From: Rhina ancylostomus
Taxonomy: Eukaryota
Assembly: GCA_030265395.1 (NCBI GenBank)
Contig: JARFYF010000058.1
Location: 18,529,223-18,593,222, forward strand
Length of the DNA: 64,000 nt
Reading direction: 5' to 3'
Positions 11,701-24,228 of the stretch are shown here, one piece after another. Position 1 is the first letter of the stretch, and every line of letters starts with the position of its first letter. The position numbers and the translations under genes were made by a program. The notes under the pieces are model-generated. The model was given only the letters and a program-made list of their open reading frames with translations, did no database searches and was not told where the DNA came from.

Positions 11701-14700
11701 GATTTAAAGCACTGGGGAATTTCCCTCAAGATAGCGGAAAATTGAAATTAGAATTTAACAAATCGAATGTAATATTTTTTCGACCCGTTAAATAAATACT
11801 TGCTGTAAATGAGAGAAAATTAAAAAAAACAATTAGCACTCTTAATTTTTAAACTGGCAATTTATTGTCAACCTTCTGCGGATATCGCTTTTGGGCACTG
11901 CATTTTAATAACTTTTTTTAAAAAAGATTACAGACTCGAATATGACCGTTCCAAAACAAATAGTGGCTATTATACCAATCGTATTGTGGACTTTTTTTAT
12001 GCGGGTGGGGGAGGCCGAGAAGACATTCACATTATTCGCCATTAATGCTATGGATCCGATACTTCAGATTTCGCCAGTGTTACTCAGCAGTAATTATCAT
12101 TTTCTGATGGCATAGAAATGACTATAATCGCGACGTGATTGGTTTGAACTATTTATCAGCAATAAGCAAAATGCAGCTGTGTTTCGCAGCGATTAAAACA
12201 ATTGAAAGGCTCTTCATATTCAATGGGCATTATAGTTCCCCATCGTGTGAGGCAGCTTTGGTTTTGCATTGGTTCGTAATTCATTCAGAAAGACCCGTTC
12301 AAGGTCCACGGATAGGGTTTCGTTGCACCTCCATGCTGTACCTATACTCAGGGAAACTCGAAAAGCAGATAAGCTGTTTATACCATATTGCACCGAGCTG
12401 CTGTGACACATCGAATTTTAAAATCTTAATTTGTATTTTTAATAACACCAAACACGAGCCGTAAACCAAAGACCACAAGCTTAGCAGATCATATTATTAT
12501 TTAATGTTTAATTTTCTACTTCAAATAATGGAGCGTTCACAATGGTTTTGTTAACCTTAACGTATTATTAACATTAATGTATTGTTCACCTCCTAATCAG
12601 CACTTTTGATCTGTAGTTTACAAATAACAGCCCATAAGCAAACATATAATCAAAACTGAGTTTGAATTCGTGCAAAAGAATCTAAATGCGACACAAACGT
12701 CCTCTTCTAATGCGCGCGTACTGGAGCTATTTGCAAATAAAAACATTTTTTTTTGCTGTTTGGTTTGGAAAGTCAGTGTTGTTTCTATTACATTGTGGTA
12801 CTGGATAGTAGCCAACTATCACATAACCACTGGATGTGTTTAATCTTGCAGGTTTTGGAAACCATTTGTGGAGAGTGACAACTGGAATGGTACTAATCCT
12901 GCGGTTCTCGGGCCCGTGCGTCCGTCATTTTAGAACCACTTTGCTCCCTCCACCTATCTCCTGATGGGGCGAAATGGCTCTGTTGCCTTGGCGGCTGCCT
13001 AGGCGAATGACAGACGCTGAGAAGCAGAACGATTCGGTCGAAATAACGGGGAATCCCTGAGAAACACAACCGTTTCTGTTCCCAAAGCAACTTGGTTTCC
13101 CAGCCAACAGTATAATTTAGCATTTCTGCCATTGGAGGGTACCTTCAACTTTTGACGCGATTTCTTACACGAATATTTTTACCCCGAGTGCAATCTGTTC
13201 AGAAATATCTCGGGCAACCGAGTTTCTGATGATTTCAAGGAAGTATACGCCGAAAGGGGCAAATCAATTCATTGCTCATCGAAGGCGCCTCTTCTTGAAC
13301 ACCTTCCTCATTCGAAACCGTCAGTCGTTTTCACCCGATAATGATTTTCGAATNNNNNNNNNNCGAATCAAGTTTTTTTTAAAAGAAAGTTACATCCAAA
13401 GTACATTTTTTATTGATATTCGTTTTCAGGTAACGTTCATTTTACTGTTATTTTAAGGTTAGTTCAAATAACGATTCAAAATGGATTAAATAGGCTAAAC
13501 ACTGAGAAAACTGACTTAAATACAAGAGTGCTTGCGCTGGTTGGCTCATTGAGTCTTCACTTTGTAAAGTCAACATCTACTTTTGTTTCGTTGAAGATTT
13601 ATTTGTTTGTCTTAATTAAATTAATTTAATGCAATTGTTCTTCAATCTGGACTTTCCTTCCCTGGAGTGGGGTTAACGCAAAAATTGCAAATAAAAACAT
13701 CAAAATATCTCTTCAAAAACAGGCAAAAACCAAACATATTAGAGGCCATGTGGATAACAACATCCAGCGGGGAGAAAAGCTTTGATCAATATAATAAAGC
13801 ACTATATCGGGGAAAAAGCGTCTAGAGCCAAAAGCGCAATTAAGGGTCAAAGTGGGCATTCCTTTCAATTTTTTTTTGTCCTGCCGCGCAGTTCTGTGAA
13901 TACAGGAAAAGCAAATGATACACCACCTCTGGGGGGAAGATCTGGATGTTATGTGTATCTCATCTGGGTGAAATGAATGCCTTTCCATCGATATACAGTG
14001 TCGGGGGTGGGGGTGGGAGTTGGAGTTGAATTTAATTCAAGGTTCTTGCCACAAAGAATCAAGCCAAATTCGCACGAAACTTAAATTTACTGTGTGAAAT
14101 GTGGGATGATTGATAAGCAACGCTGCACCGCAGGCGTGCTTATTTTTGTAGTATAACGTCTGGGCCTCTATTAATAGTCAAAGTCGGTCCATTTCAACGC
14201 AATGTTTCTGAAAATGAAATATTTAAATAACGAGACTTAGGTTCTCAGCACAGAACAGTGCAGGTAATCTCCTCGTGATTTTATTCCGCCTGCCCAACAT
14301 TCGAGTTTGTTGCCATTCGAGTTTTTGAATGAAGGCGGTCTCCCGCACGACTATTCCTGTTCTATTTGAACCTAGAATAGGTAATAGGTAATAGATTTCA
14401 TGTGAAGTACCGATTGGGGGTCAGCAGTCAATAAAAAGAGGAAAAGGAATTTGTTCCTTAATTTGCACATTCGGTTTTGTATATTGAATGATCCTATCCC
14501 ACATTAGAATGCACAAACTATTCAATATACTACAAATGAAAACAGACTAATGCAGAAGTATACAATCAATGGTGACTTTTTGATAAAATTGTAGAAATAG
14601 GTAGTACAGACTAAATGCCTCAAGGTCACAATAATGAAGAGTATAATGAGAAACAAGATAAGATGATTCCTCTCAAGAAAATACCTAATAGTGGTTTCCT

Positions 14701-15426
14701 ACCTTACACATCATTCATTATGCAATTAGTTTGTGGTACTTCAACTTCTAAAGTAGAAATGAGCTATATGGATAATTATCAGTGGAGATCTCTCTCTCTC
14801 TCCACTTGCTTTGGGGTGGTCTTGAAGTTGTCTGGACATACATTCCCTGCATATCAAGTAGGACCTCTCCAATTTGCTATTTACATCCAATCTGGTAAGA
14901 TCTTCCATGTTCCTATGAACAACATGTTAGGAACAGTGGACAACAGAAAGGCATTACTGGCAAATAGAGACCCTGAGCCATTAAAGTAGGAGACTACCAT
15001 TCACAACTATTTTTGATTATGAGCTTCAACCACACTCTAGTATTGATTCTAAACTATTCAATATATGTTATTTCAATTATTAAATATTAACTGAACCATA
15101 TACAGTTATCATTTGAATCTGTAAATGTATTCTCCTCTTATCAGTCTAGGCTTTATTGCAGATAATGGTTCAATTTAATTCATTTCTTTAATTAATTCTC
15201 AGAACAAAAGATGTTCCAGGAAAATGTTCACACTGAAAATTTAAGGATATTTTGGATATGATTGATAAATTATCAAATACCATTAGAAGTTCTCTTTTTC
15301 TGTGTTGAATGTAGTTAACAGAAGACATAGTTTAGATTCAGGAATATTAACAATAATGATATTCCATCAAGTATTTCGAAGATCTTTGTTAGTTAAGTAA
15401 CTGCTAATTTAAAATTGATTCAGTAT

Positions 15427-15536
15427 TTCTACAGTAATGTATACATTTAGGATTGTATTTAAACAGATTTTTGGGAATTCATTCTACAGTAATGCATACA
15501 TTTAGGATTGTATTTAAACAGATTTTTTAGAATTCA
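15427..15536. repeat. Tandem duplication, 2 x 55 bp
   Basis: ttctacagtaatg(t/c)atacatttaggattgtatttaaacagatttt..gaattca occurs at 15427-15481 and 15482-15536 with 3 mismatches. Confidence 0.9.
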
Positions 15537-16435
15537 AAGTCAGATGGGATTGTAATCATTGGATAAGAATATACACAACATAACTTAGATAATACATAAT
15601 TCTCTACATGGAGAGTGACATATATATTGCATTACAAGAGAGAAAAGTGATTCAGTAATCAGATGACAAAAGCAGAAATCTGAAACTTAAGAACTTTATC
15701 ATTCAAACCCCTCAGACTAGCCTTAAGGTCACAAGACAATTTCATTATCCTCTTAAAATATTAGACAATTTGTTAGCGATTTTGTTCAGCATTGCGTCCT
15801 TTTTGCTTCAAGTGGCTTTATGATAAGATTTGTATTGACAATGACATAATCATTACAAACCTATTGTGAATTTGCATTTAATTACTGGGAAAATGGACAG
15901 CATGAATAAATGCATATTTGAATTCATACTAGTCTTTATTAAAAACGTAAGACATGTTGTACACTAAAATCAAAAGATATAGTATCATCAGTTGACTCAA
16001 TGACATTTAGATTCTTGTTATATAGTTGTATTTGTGCCATTTTTCAGTCAGGTTACATTCTGATAGGAATGCAATGATCTGAAACCACTAAACCAGGGTC
16101 AATTCACACATAATATATGAGCTGGAGTCATCCAGTGCAATGCCAAGTTGTGCTTCAAAAATGATCAGGAGTTCCCTGAATGTCCTCATCACTTACTTCA
16201 GCTGAAAGTGCTGTTGCATGGTCTTCTCCGCAGCAGATTTCTACTCCATTAAAAATACTGTCTCAAACAGAATTAGGAAAAAGATGTGTTATTTGGTCAG
16301 AGTTTGTTTAAAACAGATTTGGTGGCAGGGAATTTGAACTCATATGACACCTGTGACAAAGATGCATGTGATACAATATATATATTTTTAAATATCAGGG
16401 ATTGAGAATCTGGCAAAAAGGATGGCGGCCTTGCA

Positions 16436-16505
16436 GTGTAATGATTTGACCTGTACGATCGGTTTGCAAGACAAGCGTTTCACTGTAATAAACCAAAACC
16501 AATAA
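16436..16505 (+). mobile_element. Short 3' tail of a non-LTR retrotransposon (possibly Rex1/Babar-like)
   Basis: gcaagacaagcgtttcactgt followed by aataaaccaaaaccaata, a polyA-signal-like motif plus short-repeat tail. Family assignment is from memory. Confidence 0.45.
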
Positions 16506-17447
16506 AGCAGGAATTAATTGATTCATAGTGAATCTTGATTGTGATTTAATAAATGGCAATCTTTAGGTAAAATTTCAATAACTTAGCAGTTTAAACCTTA
16601 TGCAAGGGATTCTCTCATTTTTGGTGTGATATATTTTCATGTCTTATACAACTGAGCCAATATCATGTGAATGAAAAATCATGCAACCTCGTTTTATGGT
16701 CTTTTTGATCAGATAACAAACCTTAGAATTACAAGTTAAAAATGAATGTAAAGAAAGAAGGCAGTACTATTTGCTGATTTTAATATAAAGCCTAGCATCT
16801 AATAATGAGCAGTGGGAGAGATACCAAATGTATTTCCTATGATTTTTTTGTAGCATCACCCCAGTGATTGAGGACCCATCTTCTTTGTATGAAATCCTCT
16901 GTGCCTGTTTTGTATATTAGGATAACAAGTAAATACTTGGTGGTACCATCTGAGGTATTCGATGCATGTTGAAAATGAAACAGGTCAACTCCTTATATTG
17001 ATTCAACAAATTTTCATTTAAGCTAAGTGAGACAGAGATTCAATATAAGCAAAACAAAAATATGCATGATTTTATTTCATAAACCATGCAAGTTTGCTTC
17101 ATTGCACACTAATACATTTATGACTTGTCCAGTGAAGCACAACTAGAATTGTTTGAGTCATCATTTATCAGCCAGTTTTTGTCTTCTGATAGCTTTCACC
17201 AAATTCCTTCTGAAAGGCTATAGATTTGATTTTCAATATTTTGCTCCCCGTACTGTGAAATCATCATGACCATTTACCATCATCAGGACATTCAGGAAGA
17301 AAAGCACAATTGAAAGGATATAGGTACCTGTGTAATTCTATTTCTAATGAGGATGTTACTGAAGTTTCTAGTTTCTCCATTCATCCCACATACGAGTGAT
17401 TAAAAGTAACTACTTTTTCATATTTGCATCTGTGGGAACTTGAAGTT

Positions 17448-17900
17448 GAAGTCATAGTGACAGACTGCACAGAAGCAGGCTCTTGGGCCCACCTTGTACA
17501 TACCAACCATCAAGTATCCCTGAGGCAGGGTCTCAACCTGAAATCTCAGATATCCCTCTGCTGCCTTGGAGACAAGGGATTGCAGATGCTGCTTGACTTG
17601 CTGAGTTCTTTCAGAAGTTTGATTTTTGTTCTGGATTTCAGCATCTGCAGTTTCTTACATCTCCAAATATCCATCTATACCAATCCCATTTCCCAGCACT
17701 TGGTCTGTAGCTTCCTCTGCTTTGGCAATTCAAGTGCTCATCTGGATACTCTTTAAAGATCATGAGAGTTTCCATCATCACCACCTTTGAGGCAGTGCAT
17801 TCCAAATTCCAAAACCATCCTCTGTGTGAAAAAAAATTCTTCCTTATATCTCCTCTGAACCTTTTACTCCTTACCTTAAACCTATACCTCTGGTTATAGA
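17448..17900 (-). mobile_element. CR1-type LINE 3' end, interrupted by an insertion at ~17520-17664
   Basis: Antisense CR1 tail (agtcatag..gcacagaagcaggc..gcccacc) continuing into the ORF2 C-terminal region (accatcctctgtgtgaaaaaa..ccttaccttaaacctatacctctgg). Similar uninterrupted tails occur at 32901 and 49840. Confidence 0.75.
17520..17664 (+). mobile_element. Penelope-derived short element with degenerate hammerhead core
   Basis: CTGAGGCAGGGTCTCAACCTGAAATCTC followed by the family body cagatgctgcttgacttgctgagttc..cagcatctgcag. Flanked by the near-duplicate caagtatcc / caaatatcc. Confidence 0.7.
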
Positions 17901-20494
17901 AATTTCTGCTATGGAGGAAAGTGTACTCCTGCCAACATATTTATACCACTCAATTCTGTGCCTCTCTACTTGGTACCCATCCAAGGACTTGTTACAAATA
18001 CAATATGAACAATTATGAAGTTCATATCTTAAAAATTCATCCAATAGAAAGCTGTTGCTATGCATACCTTGCCTTCAGATTTCAACCATTGATTCTCAGA
18101 AGTTCAGCTCATGCTACTCCATTATTTGATACGAGGTAAGCAGAGAATTGAAAAGTGACAACTACTGTCCTGTGCAGTTGTGATTGGAGAAACTAGTGGA
18201 GAGGAAACAACCAGCACTTTTTACTTATCTTAGAAACCTCATCTGTTTCATTTATTTAATACCAACATAGTTTGAAAATACTGACCAGTAATTACAGAGC
18301 TACATGATTCTAGACCAGCTAAAATCTTGCATTTCTTGAGTGCACCATTTCTCTACTGACAGAATGATAGTTTGTTGTTTTACCAAAATGTGATTACATT
18401 TTTAAAGTACTTACACACTGGCTATTTTCACACTTCATTGAAAGAAACACTATATTACAATATTGATAACATGGGTAAATGGCGGAGTTGATAATTTTCA
18501 TTTCTATCATAATACAATCCTGAAATTGCAAAGAACATTAAACATGATAAAAAGACAATTATTAAAGGGATGAACACTCAATAAAACAGTAACAAATGCC
18601 AGCAAATCTGTAAAAATATGGGACATAGATTTGTGGTTCATTTAATGGCAGGGAATGTTTTGTTTGTCACTTCAGTTCACTGAATACAAAGGATGAATGA
18701 ATTTCAGGTGGAAGAAATATTTTCAATTCTCTATTATTTATTAGAAATAGAGCCTACAGAAAACATGTACATCCTTTGAAATTTCTTTAGAGGACCAAAC
18801 AGCCATCTCAACATTGGACACAGATTGCCTGCTCTCTGGATTTCCATGGTGCTAACTGTATTCTGAGCATTTTTACTTTATATAACCAAGGGACTGTTTT
18901 GTCTGGATTCCCAGAACAGATCAACCCATTTAATGAACTGTGTTCACATGACATGAATGGAACTGAGCTTTCTAATCCGTCACTGACCTCAGGAGGACCA
19001 TCATGGCACAAATCAGGTAATTTAACACGGTTAAGTAGGGAATTAAACTCTCTCAAAGCCAAATGCTTTCCTGGGTCCTTATATCCACCAGATAAAATTT
19101 GCAATCATACTGGCTGTTGTAAAACAACACTAGAAACCTCTCTGTGCTACTAATTCCTGGTAGTGAGTATACTAATACACACCAAATGAAAGATATATGC
19201 AAAAACAAGCTGAGAAAAACAAAAACATCAATTCAAATAGAAAATAATTGAAAATTCATCTGATCAAATTAATGGGATTAAGAGGAAAATTAAATACAAA
19301 TTCAACAAGGGCTAATATCAGAAATAACATCTTAAATTTATTTCGTGGAAATCATACGGTTCCATATCACAGAGTTGTAGTATTGTGAACTGTGCAAGAT
19401 TACAGTGCACTTTTAAAATGGCTGCATGTTTTAATCTCATGGTTTCTGTCAACTACAGGCTAGCTGCAGACTTTCCAATTTCGGTACATGTGGTTACTTC
19501 ACTGCCTTGGCAATTGAAACAGGTTTTGATGAATTGATTCTGCTTTGACTCAAGCTTAGTTTCTGGTTATTTATGTATGATCAAAATAAAGATTGTTTCA
19601 CATATGTGGCTCTGAGAACACAATCTGTCCCTCCCACAGAAAAACAATGGAGAACTGACATTGAGGAATGTAATTCTTCCTATTTCTAGCTCTCGATACC
19701 AGCATCAGATAAAATAAATATAGATGTTTCTTTTGCTCTGACTGAGACAAGCAATGCAGGAAAATGTAGCTGTATTGTGCCATATCAATAAGGCTATTAT
19801 TTAGAATGCATGTGGGGAGTGAGCCTTTCCATGTGTAGTAACTTCTGGAAGTAGTGAAGTGTAATAGGCAAGGACCATGGCTCAGCCTTGAGGAGCTGTT
19901 GTAAAGCAGGGCTCAGTTTTTTTTTGAGTGAGAACAAGGACAAAGGTTTTCTGAATTGCATTTTGGGATGAGAAAGATCTGAGTTAGCCTGAGCATGGAA
20001 AATGCCTCAGTGATGCAGGCCTGGAGCAGATCAGGAAAAATAAAACTACTTGAAATGAAAATGCAAGAAGGTCCATTCCAAGAATATTTCATTCCATTGT
20101 TTTCCAAAAGGAGTGGCACCTTAGTTAAACATTTTAAATTGTGATTTCCTTAAGATGCTTGAAGGATAATAGCAGATAGTGGAGAAAAGTCATCAGAAAA
20201 TTGATACCGTGCAAAACTGTGCCTACTATCTCGCCAGCAATGCAAGGATTTAGAAAAACAAGTCTCATCTATGCAAGGAAATGATTTCTGAAGTTTGGTT
20301 ACTTGGTTTTTGGGGACTGAGGAATAAAAACATGTAGCTCACTTGGGTGACAAAAATCAGTAGAGTGATGGCTTTTAATATGCATTTAAATAGGATATTT
20401 TAAATAGGACATTGATTATGTCCTTTTAATACAGGTTAATTGAGAGAAATCTTTCTTCATATTTCTGGAGAATTTATGAAAAACACTTACTTTG

Positions 20495-20590
20495 ATTCTG
20501 GAGTGTAAAAAAAAACAAACTGCTGGAAGAACAGCAGATCAGGAAGCATATGTGGAGGGAAATTTTGAGATGAGAGCTTTCAGCTGGGTT
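20495..20590 (-). mobile_element. Degenerate copy of the Penelope-derived short element
   Basis: aaacaaactgctggaagaacagcagatcaggaagcatatgtggagggaaa matches the copy at 31764. Confidence 0.6.
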
Positions 20591-20717
20591 TTGCTTTGGT
20601 TCTGGCCTAAAGAGCCTTTAAAGTTGTTATGACAGTACAGCAGTGATGATCCAGAAGCTTGGACAGTTGATTTAGAGACTCAAGTTTGAATCTCATTGTG
20701 CAGGTTGGAGGCATAAG

Positions 20718-21335
20718 GTATAGAACATAGAAATTAGAAGCAGGAGCATGCCACTCAGTCCTTCTAGTATGAACAAGAGGGAGAGAGTTCATAAGTCTGT
20801 CTTATTGGTAAACACTGAGCTGGTTCCAGATCTTCCACATCCACTCAGTCAAGATCACTCAGAAGCTTATGTTTCAATCAAGTCTTCTCTCACACTTAGA
20901 AACTTCAATGAATACAAGCCTACCTTGCCAATTCTTCCCCATAAGACTCATATTCCAGGTATTCATTTAGAAACCCTTCTCTGAACTGCTTCCAATGCAT
21001 TAACATCTTTCCTTAAATAAAGAACCAATACTGTATACAGCTTTCTAGATGCAGTCTCATCAAAGCCATTTACAATTGAGATGAGACATCTTTAGTCCAG
21101 TACTCAAATCCTCCCATAATAAGATCCAATTTACCATGTGTTTTCCTAATCACTTGCTGCAATCGAAATGTAGCTTTCAGTGACTGATATACAAGGTCAT
21201 CAACATTTCCCAGCTTCTCACCATTTAAAACAATATTCTGCTTTTCTGTTTTGTGCGCTGAAGCAGATGATCTCATATTCTTCAACATTATATTCCACCT
21301 GCTATCTTTCTGCCCACTCCTTGAGTTTATATCCT
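20718..21335 (-). mobile_element. CR1 LINE fragment (ORF2 C-terminus plus tail), decayed
   Basis: Tail atagaacatagaaattagaagcaggag. The minus-strand translation contains QQVIRKTHGKLDLIMGGFEYWTKDV, resembling CR1 KANGMLAFI..GxEYKSKDV. Confidence 0.75.
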
Positions 21336-22079
21336 CCCTACTTAATCCCACTAGCTGTCACTGCTTGTCTAGAACCTGATTATTTTCTGAGTACCCACTA
21401 AGCCAGTTCTTTCAATAGTACAGATCAGCTGAAATGAGCAGAATTGGCAAGAATTGAGGTAATTTGTGTCCACCTTATTTGTCTGGTTTGAATACTTTCT
21501 GGAGAAAAAGCCACTAAATCTAGCAAACCATTTTTTTTTAAAAAAAAGGAAATTAATTTCTTGGTGAGTATATATTTCACATTGTTTGATTTTGATTGAA
21601 ATCAGGAATGTCAGGCTATTAATACAGTTAACTAGGTATTTCAGATGGAAGTCCATTTAACTGTAAATTTTCCAGAGCTGCTCTTTGGCCATGGAGTCTA
21701 CAGAGTTTGCTGATGAACATGTCATGTGACTCAGCACTGTAAGCTGTAGTCACGTGACTGTACCTTGAGTCTGTCCCTCGCTGGGATGCTGATTTGATAG
21801 CTGTCTGCCCTAACAGTTTACTTTTTGAGGGTGATCTGTGACAAGCCCTGTGTACCACAGAGTTGACTTTGTATCATTGTAAAATGAAGCTTCTGTGAGA
21901 TGTATTATGAAATGTCACTAGTGTGCAAACTGTGCAGCTTGACTGCCCAGAGGATATTGGCTAATGCTACTTGTACAGGGTCAAACTTAAATGCAAAAAG
22001 AATACACATGAATGCAACATTGAGAACATATTTCTTGACATTTTAATGCCCTAAAATTTCTTCCTTATTATGGCTATCA

Positions 22080-22370
22080 TGAGGGGGCATCATTTTAAGG
22101 TGATTGGAGGAAGGTATAAGGGGGATGTCAGGGGGTAAGTTTTTTTTACACACAGAGAGTGGTGATTGCGTGGAACACACTGCCAGCAGAGATTGTCGGG
22201 GCAGATACTGTACATTCGGGACACTTTAAAATCCCTTAGCTAGCACTCCGTTTCTCTATCATGTGTCTATGTGGGAGGGAAGGGTTAGATAGATCTTGGA
22301 GCAAGATAAAATGTTGGCACAACATCATGGGCTGAAGGGTCTGTTCTGTGCCGTAATGTTCTAAGTTCTA
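22080..22370 (+). mobile_element. CR1 LINE 3' end
   Basis: ggggcatcattttaaggtgattgg..ttttacacacagagagtggtg..tggaac, ending gggctgaagggtctgttctgtgccgtaatgttctaagttcta. Confidence 0.8.
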
Positions 22371-23218
22371 TTCATTCCTGGATCCTTTATATAACTTCTA
22401 CCCTTTGGATGATATCTTTGCAAGTCATGTGAACTTCTGACTTTCAAGTGTAGCCCTTTCACTGGAGATTTTGCCACGACTGTAATGTCAGCAGTCTTAA
22501 GGCATCAGAGTAGAATAATAGAATCTTTCCAATGGTCACCACAAATTCCAGCTCCACGTTCCTCATCCGAAATGTCTTTCTCCCATTGGTAAACATCCTT
22601 CTCTTTTTCTGCTCGTATACATGGAGCTCATTTGCATGAAGAATTCAGCTTTACCGTCAAGAAATCCAGATGAGCTTCCTTTAAGTAAGCACCATTTCAA
22701 ATGGATTACAGTCTCCTGATCTTTCTAGATTCTAACAATCTTGTTAAAATAAACAACTGCCTAGAATTATGTGCCACTATAATTTAGAATATCTTACTTC
22801 AAAATTTGAATTTTAGTTAGAAAACGAGAAAACAAAAGCCAGAGAGCATGAAATGAGGAATAAAAAAATTAGAAAAATGCACTGTACTTGAGCCATGAAC
22901 TGCATGGCTATGGAATGGATACTAGAAGTTGGCACTAGGTTAAGAAGCCCCTTTGTGATCAAGGAAAGTTATAATGGACTAAATACCCCCTTTCTGTGTC
23001 ATAAATTTTCCATGATTCTTTGATACAAATGTTGAACGTAGCAGATAAATAACTTGTGTTGTATTCGAATCTATCATTCAGGCACTGTTAAGTTTTTATT
23101 CTAATTTTGGGTAGCTGTGGGGCTTATCCAAATTGAACCTAGTCCTCATTTCAACATAGGTAAGGTCCTGTTATGGTTTGACTTTAGATCCTTGACCTGT
23201 CCCGGGTACTACCGAATA

Positions 23219-23328
23219 TGAGAGAAACAAAGGACTGCAGATGCTGGTATCTAGATGGAAAACCCAATGATGCTGGAGGAACTCAGCAGGCCAGGCAGCA
23301 TCCGTGGAGAAAAGCAGGCGGTCAACAT
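23219..23328 (-). mobile_element. Well-preserved Penelope-derived element end, truncated by an N-gap
   Basis: gactgcagatgctgg..gatgctggaggaactcagcaggccaggcagcatccgtggagaaaagcagg, nearly the same as 57700-57755. Confidence 0.75.
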
Positions 23329-23449
23329 NNNNNNNNNNNNNNNNNNNNNNNNNNNNNNNNNNNNNNNNNNNNNNNNNNNNNNNNNNNNNNNNNNNNNNNN
23401 NNNNNNNNNNNNNNNNNNNNNNNNNNNNCTCTCATCACTCAGGTAACAG

Positions 23450-24020
23450 GCTTCCATTTCAGTTTTGCATGCAAAATGGACACATCCACATTTTCCTACA
23501 TGAGACTCCATTTACCAGATCTTCATCCACTCACTTAACTCATCTATGGTCTTTTGAAGCCTCCTTATGTCCTCTGCACAGTTTACATTCCTATCTATCT
23601 TTGTGCCATCAGCTCTGTAGCTTCATCCAAATCATTGTTGTGAATTGTACAACACTGAAGCCTCAGCACCAATCCTTGCAACACACCACTCATCACCTCT
23701 TTCCCACCAGAAAAAAACAGCTATTTATTCCCTGTTGGCCAGCCAATCTCCTATCCGTGCCAATTTGTAATGTCCAATGAGTTTTTATCTTCCCCAATAA
23801 CCTATGTTGTTGCACCATATCAAATGCCTTCTGGTAATGCAGGTATTGTTTCCATTGGTTCCTCTTTATCCACAGCACATATCATTTATTCAAAAAACTC
23901 CAATAAATTGGTGAAACACAATTTTGAATTTATAAAGCCATATTGACTTTGCCTGATTACCTTAAAAATTTCTAAGTGCACTGCAATAACTTCTTTAGTA
24001 ATAGCATCTAACATTTTAAT
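23450..24020 (-). mobile_element. CR1 LINE reverse-transcriptase fragment, decayed
   Basis: Translation YQKAFDMVQQHRLLGKIKTH resembles the RT motif DFQKAFDKVPH.RLL.K. Remnant of GVPQGSVL at ~23660-23690. Confidence 0.8.
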
Positions 24021-24164
24021 GAATTAAATAAAACAAGGGAAAAAATGTTAGTGTCAGCAACAGAGATCATGAAATGACTAGATTGTTATTAAAGACCTGT
24101 CTGGCATCCTTGTTAAAATCTGACCAATGCGTAACTCCAGATTTCCTCTCTGTTCCAGAGCTGC

Positions 24165-24228
24165 TGGACATGAACTATAAAATGCCAGGCTTGCCAGTAA
24201 CACCCACATCCCATGAACAAGTAAACAA
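24165..24228 (+). mobile_element. 3' tail of a LINE/SINE family also seen at 28140 (-) and 37141 (+)
   Basis: ataaaatgccaggcttgccagtaacacccacatcccatgaac resembles 37350-37395. Confidence 0.5.

Larger units (their letters stand above)
1300..14475. promoter_or_regulatory. Extended CpG-retaining domain (putative hypomethylated valley) over and upstream of dlx4
   Basis: CpGs are frequent throughout (e.g. 5 in 13021-13080), whereas I see none between 14474 and 15376. No recognisable transposon inside. Confidence 0.65.

Noticed and set aside
13918-13940. CTCF-like motif near the CpG boundary (also 13127-13140)
   Set aside because: Three or more mismatches to the core consensus; not supportable without a PWM scan.
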